From: an uncultured Collinsella sp.
GTDB taxonomy: Bacteria > Actinomycetota > Coriobacteriia > Coriobacteriales > Coriobacteriaceae
Direction of reading: 5' to 3'
DNA length: 64,000 nucleotides
Assembly: GCA_902490565.1 (NCBI GenBank)
Contig: CABUEK010000004.1
Coordinates: 18,156 to 82,155, forward strand
Position 1 is the stretch's first letter; the number at the start of each line of letters is the position of its first letter. Of the stretch, positions 26,384 to 34,871 are shown piece by piece. Made by a program: the position numbers and the translations under genes. The notes under the pieces were generated by a model, which worked only from the letters and a program-made list of their open reading frames with translations, was not told the DNA's origin and made no database searches.

Positions 26384-26447
26384 GAGAGTGGATAATCTCC
26401 CGTTTTAGGCCCGGTGGTGGCCTCGAAGTGGGAGATTATCCACTCTC
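26384..26447 (+). repeat. 18-bp perfect-stem nested hairpin after the Hpt gene
   Basis: GAGAGTGGATAATCTCCC / GGGAGATTATCCACTCTC with an inner AGGCC..GGCCT stem. Partial third arm ATCCACTCTC at 26468-26477. No T-tract. Confidence 0.55.
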
Positions 26448-26589
26448 GTTCGATACGTGTCCAAAAATCCACTCTCACCCCTTCTGATTAGTGAATGGGC
26501 TATGCGCACCGGCGGGGCTTTCCGCATGCAATCAATATCGTTGTTCGATAAACTGTTCGAATAACGATAGAGTCGATGAGGGTGAGTGT

Positions 26590-27150
26590 ATGTCTAACAG
26601 CGTTCAGCGTATGGCCAAAGCGGGCGAAAATATCAGGAAGCTTGGCTTTTGCATGGCAGCCGTTTTTGCAGGGATGCTCGTCGCTTTTGCCGCGTTGGTT
26701 GTTTACGTGATCTGGTATGCGGTTGCAAACGTTGCTTCTGTCGATTCTTTCGGCGTCGTGACGCTTCTCGATGGCGGGTGCATCGTTATCCCAAGCGGAC
26801 TGTGCCTGGCACTCGTCGTGGGTATTTCGCTTGTCGTTCTGTGTGGGATCAGCCGTAACATCTCGCGAGGCGTCTCGCCCTTTACCAAGACGCATGTGCG
26901 GCTTATCCGTGTTCTTGCGCTTGCCTTTGCTGTTAACGCCGCGGTTTCGCTTATTGGTGCCTACGGATCGGTCAATCTTACCATTGGTGGGCTGGAGCTT
27001 TACGTCGTGCCTCATTCCTTCGTTATTGAGATTTGCCAAGGCGTTGCCTTTGATGCGGGGTCGCTTATCGGCGCGGCTGTCTGTCTGTGTATCTCGGTGA
27101 TCTGGAGTTATGCCTCGCTGCTCCAAGAGCAGTCTGACGAGCTTGTGTAG
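26590..27150 (+). CDS. DUF2975-like multi-pass membrane protein
   Basis: Four hydrophobic segments and immediate pairing with a YozG-type HTH gene. ATG 26590 preferred over the upstream GTG. Confidence 0.6.
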   Translation: MSNSVQRMAKAGENIRKLGFCMAAVFAGMLVAFAALVVYVIWYAVANVASVDSFGVVTLLDGGCIVIPSGLCLALVVGISLVVLCGISRNISRGVSPFTKTHVRLIRVLALAFAVNAAVSLIGAYGSVNLTIGGLELYVVPHSFVIEICQGVAFDAGSLIGAAVCLCISVIWSYASLLQEQSDELV

Positions 27151-27158
27151 GAGGAAGC

Positions 27159-27488
27159 ATGAGCTATCTCATCATCGAGCTTGAGACGCAGCTGCTTAAG
27201 ACCGGAAAGACCAGTGCTGATCTGATTCGTGCCACGGGGCATACTCCGGCTAATATTTCTAAGCTAAGAAACGGAAAAATTAAAGCTATTCGCCTTAAGA
27301 CGCTTCTCGATATTTGCGATGAACTTGACTGTCAACCGGGAGATATTATTCGGCGGGTGAGTGAGAAAGAGCTTGAGGAGCTTATTGTTGAGCGTGCAAA
27401 AAATGTCGTGAGACAGATGCGGGATGGTGGAGGCAACGAGGCGTCGCTTCCGACATCAGTCTTCGCTGTCGATTTGAGTGACGAGTAG
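27159..27488 (+). CDS. HTH transcriptional regulator (YozG/XRE-like)
   Basis: KTSADLIRATGHTPANISKLRNGKIKAIRLKTLLDICDELDCQPGDII. Confidence 0.8.
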   Translation: MSYLIIELETQLLKTGKTSADLIRATGHTPANISKLRNGKIKAIRLKTLLDICDELDCQPGDIIRRVSEKELEELIVERAKNVVRQMRDGGGNEASLPTSVFAVDLSDE

Positions 27489-27522
27489 CTTAAGGCGAAC
27501 AACTAAAACGAAGTATCAGCGT

Positions 27523-27557
27523 GAAGGGACCCGTGTCTAACACAGGTCCCTTCTTTT
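27523..27557 (+). terminator. rho-independent terminator
   Basis: GAAGGGACCCGTG / CACAGGTCCCTTC stem followed by TTTT. Confidence 0.75.
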
Positions 27558-27565
27558 AGATTATC

Positions 27566-27594
27566 TTGACAAATATGTGTTATCGAAAAACAAT
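27566..27594 (+). promoter_or_regulatory. candidate sigma-70 promoter for the LanFEG-like ABC operon
   Basis: TTGACA, 17-nt spacer, AACAAT (4/6 to TATAAT) in an AT-rich spacer. Confidence 0.3.
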
Positions 27595-27632
27595 AACAAC
27601 CATGGAAAACGATAAAAGAAAGAAGGAACGAT

Positions 27633-28394
27633 ATGAGCGGTTTTTCTATCAAGCAGAACGGGGGTCCAATGAACGCATCAGCGATAAAGTTATCAAAAGT
27701 TTCAAAACGCTACGGGAAACGACACGTTTTGCATGACGTTTCCTTCGAGGTGCATCAGTCTGAACTTTGCGCCCTTGTTGGTGCAAACGGGGCGGGCAAA
27801 AGCACGCTTATTAAAATAGTGCTGGGCCTCTGTGAGCCATCGTCGGGGAGCGTGGAGCTCTTTGGAGGCAAGTCGAAAAAAGAGCTGAGCCTGATGCGGA
27901 CGCGTGTCGGCTATGTGCCAGATTCCAGCGGAGCATACCAATCCCTCAGTGCGGTGGAGAATCTTCGGATCCGATGTGCGGAATGGGGGCTCGATGAGAA
28001 ACGTGAGGTTCCTCGCGTCTTGGGCCTAGTCGGGCTGGACGTCGATGAGAAAAAGAGCGTGAGCAGTTTTTCTCTGGGAATGAAACGGCGACTGGATATA
28101 GCTACGGCTTTGTTGGGCGACACCGACGTACTAATTTTCGATGAGCCGGCAAATGGGTTGGACCCGCTGGGCATCGAGAGTATATGGGCCCTTATCGGTC
28201 GATTGAATCGAGAACAGGGTAAGACCATGCTCATCTCTAGCCATGATTTGGATGAGTTGGCATCGGTTGCAACAAGTTGCGTGTTTATTCATGACGGTGA
28301 ACTGCTGAAAAAGGAATCGATGGATGTCATAAGGGATGAGGCGTCGTCCCTAAAAGAATATTACAGGCGCTTGATGAACGCGGTCTCGCTATGA
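27633..28394 (+). CDS. ABC transporter ATP-binding protein (ABC-2 / lantibiotic-immunity LanF-like)
   Basis: GANGAGKST Walker A, FSLGMKRRLDIATAL signature and LIFDEPANGLD Walker B. Confidence 0.85.
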   Translation: MSGFSIKQNGGPMNASAIKLSKVSKRYGKRHVLHDVSFEVHQSELCALVGANGAGKSTLIKIVLGLCEPSSGSVELFGGKSKKELSLMRTRVGYVPDSSGAYQSLSAVENLRIRCAEWGLDEKREVPRVLGLVGLDVDEKKSVSSFSLGMKRRLDIATALLGDTDVLIFDEPANGLDPLGIESIWALIGRLNREQGKTMLISSHDLDELASVATSCVFIHDGELLKKESMDVIRDEASSLKEYYRRLMNAVSL

Positions 28395-29215
28395 AGCGGG
28401 CGATCCATCCCATAAAGGCAGATATGATGCGTCTACACAGGATGTTTCCGGCGCAGTTTGGTCTTACGCTTATGTTGGCGTGCGGTCTTCTCTTCGGTGT
28501 TTTTCTAAATAACGGAGCAACGTTGCTAGGCTTTGGCTATGGCGTTTGTGGGGAGGATATTGGTTTCTTCTGGAATGCAATCGATCCTTCTGCGCCTGAT
28601 GAGTCCCTTGCGCGCAGCGCTTTTGCCGGTACATCCCTGTTCGTTCCACTCATCGTTTGTTTGGTGCTTTTACAGGAGCATGGCTATAAAGAGGGATACC
28701 GAATTTCTTCAGCAAGAGGTCTCGCCCGCTTTAATGGGGCTTTGGCACATGTGCTTTCGTCTGCTTTAATAGTCGGCGCAGCATATAGCGCACTTTGCCT
28801 TCTTTTGTTTGCAATAGCCATACTGCGTGGGGGGCAAAACTACACGCACGGCATGCTGACTGCATTTTTGCCTGCGATGATAATCAACGCCGTATTGGTG
28901 ATATCGGTTGCGTTGGAGACGATGACCATCTATCGGATTACAGGCAGCGCTGTATTGAGCGGGGCTGCAATCATAATTGGATTTGTCATGAGCCTGACGC
29001 TCTACGGAAGCTTCCTTCAGGTGCCTATACCATCCTTGCGATGGGTCTTACTCCTTCCGGGGCCGTACCTTGGAGTCGGATGTGCCCTTGGGTATAGCGA
29101 TATGGGACAGCTGACGCTTCTGGGATATGGCGTGGCAGCCAGCTGTCTATCGGTATTGATTTACGCTCTCGTGAGCTTTCGTGCCGGGGGTGTGTTCAAT
29201 GACTCGTCAGATTAG
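28391..29215 (+). CDS. ABC-2-type membrane permease (LanE/G-like), tentative
   Basis: Six or so hydrophobic segments. The start overlaps the ATPase stop (ATGA). Confidence 0.55.
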   Translation: MKRAIHPIKADMMRLHRMFPAQFGLTLMLACGLLFGVFLNNGATLLGFGYGVCGEDIGFFWNAIDPSAPDESLARSAFAGTSLFVPLIVCLVLLQEHGYKEGYRISSARGLARFNGALAHVLSSALIVGAAYSALCLLLFAIAILRGGQNYTHGMLTAFLPAMIINAVLVISVALETMTIYRITGSAVLSGAAIIIGFVMSLTLYGSFLQVPIPSLRWVLLLPGPYLGVGCALGYSDMGQLTLLGYGVAASCLSVLIYALVSFRAGGVFNDSSD

Positions 29216-30017
29216 AAGATTCCTCCATTCAGAATGGAAGCATGTGAGCAAATGGGCGTACGCCTTAATCCTGGTAATTTATGCGTACATGGTGGTATTG
29301 CAGCTTAATTCTTTCCCGATGTGGTTCTGTAGCCTCCGTGAGAACAGTTTCTTGGGCTTTTTCCCAGACCCGACGCTTCGGCTATCGGCAGAGGATGTCG
29401 TTCTATTTGGTAATGCAGAGGTTTTTCGCGGTCTGCTGTTCAACGTAGCCCCGTTGGCTCATGCATTGTACTTTCCGTTTGTCGCGGCTTGTATCGTGCC
29501 GCGCTTTGTCAGTTCGGACTTTATTGAGGAACCGTGGGGGCTGTCGGAGGCTCGGGGAGGGAAGCGTGTGTGCGCTATCGTTGCGCGAGTGGTGCTGTCT
29601 TCTTTTGCCCTTTTGGGCGCGTTTATCCTGACGAGTGTCGTTTTGTACTGTCTTAACTGCGCAATCGTTTCGGATGCTCAACAGTATTTCAACCTGAATA
29701 TATTTTGCGATCGACTTCTTCTGGCGAGTGTCGTCTGCCTTGCATACGTGGTCTCTTGCGTGATCGCTGTTTCCTATTTTGGGTCCGGCTTCGGTCCGAT
29801 TGGCATGCTGTTGCTTGTCAATGTTGTAGCGATCTACATACAGCTCGGGGCCAATTCCATGCTTCCGCTTCCAGCCTCGATGCTCATGTGGATTTGTGGC
29901 GTGACCCCGTTGGGGAATGGTCAATGCATCTCGATTTTAATTGACTGCCTAATCAACGTAGCAAGCGTTTTTACCATTTGCTTTACCGTAGACCGATTGC
30001 GGTCGAGATTTCTTTGA
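29199..30017 (+). CDS. second polytopic membrane protein of the ABC system, tentative
   Basis: Multiple TM segments. ATG 29199 overlaps the preceding gene by 17 nt. Confidence 0.5.
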   Translation: MTRQIRRFLHSEWKHVSKWAYALILVIYAYMVVLQLNSFPMWFCSLRENSFLGFFPDPTLRLSAEDVVLFGNAEVFRGLLFNVAPLAHALYFPFVAACIVPRFVSSDFIEEPWGLSEARGGKRVCAIVARVVLSSFALLGAFILTSVVLYCLNCAIVSDAQQYFNLNIFCDRLLLASVVCLAYVVSCVIAVSYFGSGFGPIGMLLLVNVVAIYIQLGANSMLPLPASMLMWICGVTPLGNGQCISILIDCLINVASVFTICFTVDRLRSRFL

Positions 30018-30057
30018 TTGTTTGTGAGGGATAATCATACCGAGCATACCAAATACA

Positions 30058-30093
30058 GGGGGGGGCGGGCACCGTGGCTGGTGTCCGCCCCCC
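30058..30093. terminator. GC-rich hairpin between convergent genes
   Basis: GGGGGGCGGGCACC / GGTGTCCGCCCCCC (13/14). Includes a G8 run. Confidence 0.5.
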
Positions 30094-30127
30094 GGCATGG
30101 AAGGTTTAAGCCTGCGTGATTCGCGAG

Positions 30128-30937
30128 CTAGCGGGCCTGCTTAACCTTTGCCGCTGCCTCGACAAACGACTTCCACAGGTTAAAGTCGGTCTCGAGCGTC
30201 TGCCAGGTGTACTCGGGATGCCATTGCACGCCCAGGCAGAAGGGTTGGCCTTCGACTTCGATGCACTCGGGCACGCCATCGGTTGCCTTGGCGACCAAGC
30301 GCGTGCTTTTACCCAGACGATCGACGCAGCAGTGGTGTGCGGAGTTGGTCTGGATAAGCCTGTGCCCGCCAAGCGCGCGCTCCAGCAACGAGCCCGGCAC
30401 GACCTCGACGGGATGCACGGGGTCGTTGAGCACGTGGGTATGGCGCCACTGCGTGCGGCCCTCGCGCGCGCCCAGGCTCGGTACGTCCATGCACAGGGTG
30501 CCGCCAGTAGCGACATTGAGCAACTGCGTGCCGCGGCAGGTGGTAAAGAGCGGCTTTTTGGCGCGGAGCACCTCGCCGACCAGCTTAAACTCAAAGCTAT
30601 CGCGGATCTCGCAGCAGAGGGTGGGATCGTAGGGTCGATCATCGCCCCAACGTTTGGGATTGACATCAGGGCCGCCGGGAATGGCGATGCCGTCGGCGAT
30701 ATCGACGTAATGACGGATGACCTCAATGTCCTCGGTGATGGACATCTGCAGCGGCAGGCCGCCGGCGGCAAGGATGGCATCGACAAAGACACTTGCGATT
30801 TCCTCGTTGGGGGAGAGCGTCTCGCTTAAAAACGGCTTTGCATCTTCCCAACGCGGCGCGACGAGGATGAGCGGACGGTCGGCGGGGGCAACGTCGACGT
30901 GCGGGGTATAGGACGAGGAAGTACGAGTTCCGATCAT
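30128..30937 (-). CDS. gamma-glutamyl-gamma-aminobutyrate hydrolase family protein (peptidase C26, class I glutamine amidotransferase-like)
   Basis: TCRGTQLLNVATGG nucleophile Cys and QWHPE motifs. Start ATG 30937 (alternative 30979); the longer ORF overlaps glnQ and was rejected. Confidence 0.8.
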   Translation of the reverse strand: MIGTRTSSSYTPHVDVAPADRPLILVAPRWEDAKPFLSETLSPNEEIASVFVDAILAAGGLPLQMSITEDIEVIRHYVDIADGIAIPGGPDVNPKRWGDDRPYDPTLCCEIRDSFEFKLVGEVLRAKKPLFTTCRGTQLLNVATGGTLCMDVPSLGAREGRTQWRHTHVLNDPVHPVEVVPGSLLERALGGHRLIQTNSAHHCCVDRLGKSTRLVAKATDGVPECIEVEGQPFCLGVQWHPEYTWQTLETDFNLWKSFVEAAAKVKQAR

Positions 30938-30989
30938 AGGTGTAACTTTCGAGTTTGGATGGTCATGGCGAGCGAACATGGCAATTGGG

Positions 30990-31754
<765 letters not shown>

Positions 31755-31790
31755 GGTGCTCGGCTCCTTATGACTCGAAATGGTAAAGCG

Positions 31791-32624
31791 TTAGCGGATG
31801 ATGGTCGCGCCGGTCTTGTGCGAAACGTAGATGGCGGCCTTGTTGATCGCGACGTTGATGAGGATGTAGATGACCGCGATTACCAGGTAGACCGACACGA
31901 GGGCGTCGTAGTTGGTAATGAGCACACGGGCATTTTGCATGAGGTCGGGGTAGCTCACCACATAGGCGACGGTGGTGTCTTTGACTACGACCACAAGCTG
32001 CGAAATCAACGACGGAATGATAAACCGAATAGCCTGCGGCAACACGATTTTAAAGGTGATTTTGGCCTTGGAGAGACCGAGCGCCTGGGCTGCCTCGACC
32101 TGACCGCGCGGCACGGCATTGACGCCGGCGCGGAAAATCTCGGCCAGCACGCCGGCCGCAGCGAGCGCGACAGGCAGTGTGAGCATCCAAAATGACGGTA
32201 GCGCGATCTTGTACTGGGGCAGCACCAAAAAGAAGAAGTAGATGAACAGCAGGCTCGGCACGCCGCGGAAGAAATCGGTGAGCACACGGCAGACCAGCTG
32301 TAACGGCTTGATGCCGCTGGTACGGCCGAGCATAAGGGCTAAGCCCAGTACCAGTGCAATGACGCCGGCGGTGAGTGCAACTTTAACGGTGCCCTCAAAG
32401 CCGGCAAGCAAGAACTTCCAGGTGGTTAAGTGCGTAAAGAAATACCAATAGTGGACCGAAAGCTGGCCGGTCACATAAAAGCGCTGCAGTACCAGGACGG
32501 CGAGCGCGGCGACGGCAACAAGCGAGATGGCGGTGCCGATGCGAATCTTGGCGCGCATCTTGGGGCCGGGAGCCTCGTAGAGCGCATCGCGCATGGTAAG
32601 CGCGGAGGTGGAGTGCTTGCTCAT
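31791..32624 (-). CDS. amino-acid ABC transporter permease (His/Glu/Gln/Arg/opine family)
   Basis: EAAQALGLSK EAA-loop motif in a polytopic protein. Confidence 0.85.
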   Translation of the reverse strand: MSKHSTSALTMRDALYEAPGPKMRAKIRIGTAISLVAVAALAVLVLQRFYVTGQLSVHYWYFFTHLTTWKFLLAGFEGTVKVALTAGVIALVLGLALMLGRTSGIKPLQLVCRVLTDFFRGVPSLLFIYFFFLVLPQYKIALPSFWMLTLPVALAAAGVLAEIFRAGVNAVPRGQVEAAQALGLSKAKITFKIVLPQAIRFIIPSLISQLVVVVKDTTVAYVVSYPDLMQNARVLITNYDALVSVYLVIAVIYILINVAINKAAIYVSHKTGATIIR

Positions 32625-33280
32625 CGGAGGATCCTCACCTTCTTATCGATGTAGTTGCCAATGTGGCTCACCACAAAGGCCGTGCCCAGGTAGCCGAGCG
32701 CCGAGATAAAGAACGCGGCGACGCCGCCGAGCGAGCGCGTGTTGATGTAGCTCACCACGCCAGTGAGCTCCTGCGGTTTAAGCGGCACCTGACTGCCGAG
32801 CGCGGTGGTAAGCATGACGGCGATAAAGAGGTTGGTCATGGGCAGTACGCTCGAGCGCAGCGCCTGCGGAATCACGATCTTGGCGAGGATACGGCTGAAG
32901 CTCATGCCGAGCGAGCGGGCGGCTTCCACCTGGCCGACGCCGACGGTGTTGATGCCACTCATAAAGTTCTCGGAGCCAAAGGCCGAGCCCAAAAAGACCG
33001 TGGCGACGATAACGCAGGTGCGGTAGGGCAGGACGACCTTGAGCGGTGGCAGTGCGTAGACGACGATGATGAGCAGCGCGATGCCGGGGATGTTACGGAA
33101 GACCTGGACATACAGGTCGCCAAAGATGCGCAGCGGCTTGAGCGGCGACACGCGCATCACAGTGACGGCGACGGCCAGCACCATGGCGATGGCAAACGAC
33201 TCAAGCGTCATGCCCCAGGTTGCTAGCAGCGCGTCGATATAGTTCTGGCCATAGAGCGACCAGAGCTCGGAGAGACTCAT
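32621..33280 (-). CDS. amino-acid ABC transporter permease
   Basis: VEAARSLGMS EAA loop. Overlaps the downstream permease start by 4 nt. Confidence 0.85.
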   Translation of the reverse strand: MSLSELWSLYGQNYIDALLATWGMTLESFAIAMVLAVAVTVMRVSPLKPLRIFGDLYVQVFRNIPGIALLIIVVYALPPLKVVLPYRTCVIVATVFLGSAFGSENFMSGINTVGVGQVEAARSLGMSFSRILAKIVIPQALRSSVLPMTNLFIAVMLTTALGSQVPLKPQELTGVVSYINTRSLGGVAAFFISALGYLGTAFVVSHIGNYIDKKVRILR

Positions 33281-33418
33281 GCGGACCTCCCGCCGATAAG
33301 GAAAGGGGCTCCCGTGTGTACGGAAGCCCCGACAACTCAGTGAGGAAACAGTTTACCGCAATAAAGCGCATCATGCGTTTCCATATGGTTTCGTTGCGGC
33401 CGTTACCAGGCTCGCTGC

Positions 33419-34414
33419 CTAGGCGCCGATCTCGGGCAGCTCGGGAACATTGGTGTCGCCCGTACGGTCACCGATGCAGATCTGCCACAGCTCAGTCCAG
33501 GTGCCGTCGTCCTCGATCTTCTTAAGGAAGTCGTTGACAAAGGCGACGCCGTCGGAATCGAGCGGCAGGCCGATGCCATAGGGCTCCTTGCTGCCGAAGG
33601 GCTTGCCGGCGATCTTGTACTTACCGGGCTCGCGGACCAGGGCGCTCTGCTGCATGTTGTTATCGATGACATAGGCGTCAACGCGACCCTGCTGGAGTGC
33701 CTGACGGGCCTCCTCGTCGGTCTTGAACTCCTGCTGGCTGGCCTTGGGGGCGAACTCCTCCAGGATGGCGGGGCCGTTGGAGCCGGACTGGACAGCGACG
33801 TTCTTATCGGCCAGGTCGTCGACGCTCTTGATGTCGTCGTTGTCGGCGAGCACCAGGATGGCCTGCTGGGTGTAGTAGTAGGGGCCGGCAAAGGAGACGA
33901 GCTTCTTGCGCTCGTCAGTGATGGTGTAGGTGGCAAAGACGGCGTCGACCTGGCCGTTCTGCAGGACGGACTCGCGCGTGTCCGAGGTCACCTGGGTGAT
34001 CTCGACCTTGTTCTCGCCCAGAATGTAGTTGGACAGGAGCTGTGCGATACCGGCGTCGAATCCGCGGGTCTGACCGTCTTTCTCGTTGAGGAGGGAGAAG
34101 AGCGTGGAGGTCTGAACGCCGCCGATCTTAAAGACGCCGGCATCCTTGACGGCCGTCGCCCAGGTGCTGGCGGCGATGGCGTCGTCATCGGCCTTGGGGC
34201 CGTTGTCGACGAGCTTGTCGAATGCCTTAGCGTCGAGCGTGGTGGAAGCCTCGGTATCTTCGGAGCTCTTGGAGGAGCCGGCGGCGGAACCCTTGTCGGC
34301 CTCGGCGCTGGTGTCGGAGCAGCCGGCAAGACCAAGGCCGGCGACGGTTGCGAAGGTGGCGGCAACGAAGCCGCGGCGGTCGAGAACGACCTGCTGGGAG
34401 AGGTTCTTGCTCAT
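33419..34414 (-). CDS. amino-acid ABC transporter substrate-binding lipoprotein
   Basis: LGLAGCSD lipobox, Ser/Ala-rich linker and a family-3 SBP body (GFDAGIA...ATYTIT). Confidence 0.85.
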   Translation of the reverse strand: MSKNLSQQVVLDRRGFVAATFATVAGLGLAGCSDTSAEADKGSAAGSSKSSEDTEASTTLDAKAFDKLVDNGPKADDDAIAASTWATAVKDAGVFKIGGVQTSTLFSLLNEKDGQTRGFDAGIAQLLSNYILGENKVEITQVTSDTRESVLQNGQVDAVFATYTITDERKKLVSFAGPYYYTQQAILVLADNDDIKSVDDLADKNVAVQSGSNGPAILEEFAPKASQQEFKTDEEARQALQQGRVDAYVIDNNMQQSALVREPGKYKIAGKPFGSKEPYGIGLPLDSDGVAFVNDFLKKIEDDGTWTELWQICIGDRTGDTNVPELPEIGA

Positions 34415-34457
34415 GGGAGAACACCTTTCTCAATAAAATCCCTAGCGGTTGAGTAGA

Positions 34458-34487
34458 GTTATACCCTATCCCGCTCAAATGGGTCAA
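34458..34487 (-). promoter_or_regulatory. candidate sigma-70 promoter of the amino-acid ABC operon
   Basis: Minus strand reads TTGACC, 18 nt, TATAAC, about 45 nt upstream of ATG 34414. Confidence 0.45.
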
Positions 34488-34528
34488 CACGAAATAACTC
34501 AGAAACATACTGACCTTATGGGTTATTC

Positions 34529-34563
34529 TACCTACCAAATAGGGACGGGCGCCTTTGTGGTGG
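34529..34563. repeat. degenerate GGGACGGG-loop hairpin (D-type copy 4)
   Basis: ACCTACCAAATAGGGACGGGCGCCTTTGTGGTGG resembles the hairpin at 61399-61441. Confidence 0.4.
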
Positions 34564-34597
34564 TTCTTGCAGATGTGGTGGCCTGTCTCGCTGCTTT

Positions 34598-34817
34598 GTC
34601 TCAATCTGTAACAGTTAGACGAGGAAATGGGTTCTACCTGTTACAGATCGAGATTTTCTCTTCAGGGGAATTCGAATGTCTCAATCTGTAACATCTGGAC
34701 GGCCAAAAGGTCCCTATCTGTTACAGATTGAGACAAAGGTCTGGGACTAAGATGTCTTATCTCGATCTGTAACAGTTAGACGGAAATTCGGGCCATAGAT
34801 GTTACAGGTTAAGATAA
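34598..34817. repeat. three tandem about-80-bp units, each a 16-bp inverted repeat TCTCAATCTGTAACAG ... CTGTTACAGATTGAGA
   Basis: Unit left arms start near 34599, 34679 and 34760. Loops of 23-25 nt share TTAGACG/CTGGACG. Confidence 0.75.
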
Positions 34818-34827
34818 TCGCGTCGCG

Positions 34828-34868
34828 AAAATAAAAACCTCCGCAGGGGTGCTTTCCTTGCGGAGGTT
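34828..34868 (-). terminator. rho-independent terminator of dxs
   Basis: AACCTCCGCA / TGCGGAGGTT stem followed on the minus strand by TTTTTATTTT. Confidence 0.7.
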
Positions 34869-34871
34869 TTC

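Noticed and set aside
27602-27736. 44-codon ORF MENDKRKKERYERFFYQAERGS... overlapping the ABC ATPase start, considered as a possible bacteriocin or leader peptide.
   Set aside because: It is in a different frame overlapping a well-supported ATPase N-terminus. It has no double-glycine or lantibiotic leader features, no Cys/Ser/Thr-rich core and no separate RBS.
34598-34817. Possible CRISPR array (regularly spaced repeats).
   Set aside because: There are only three units, and each unit is an inverted-repeat pair rather than a direct repeat with unique spacers. The loops are related to each other. There is no leader or cas genes in the window.
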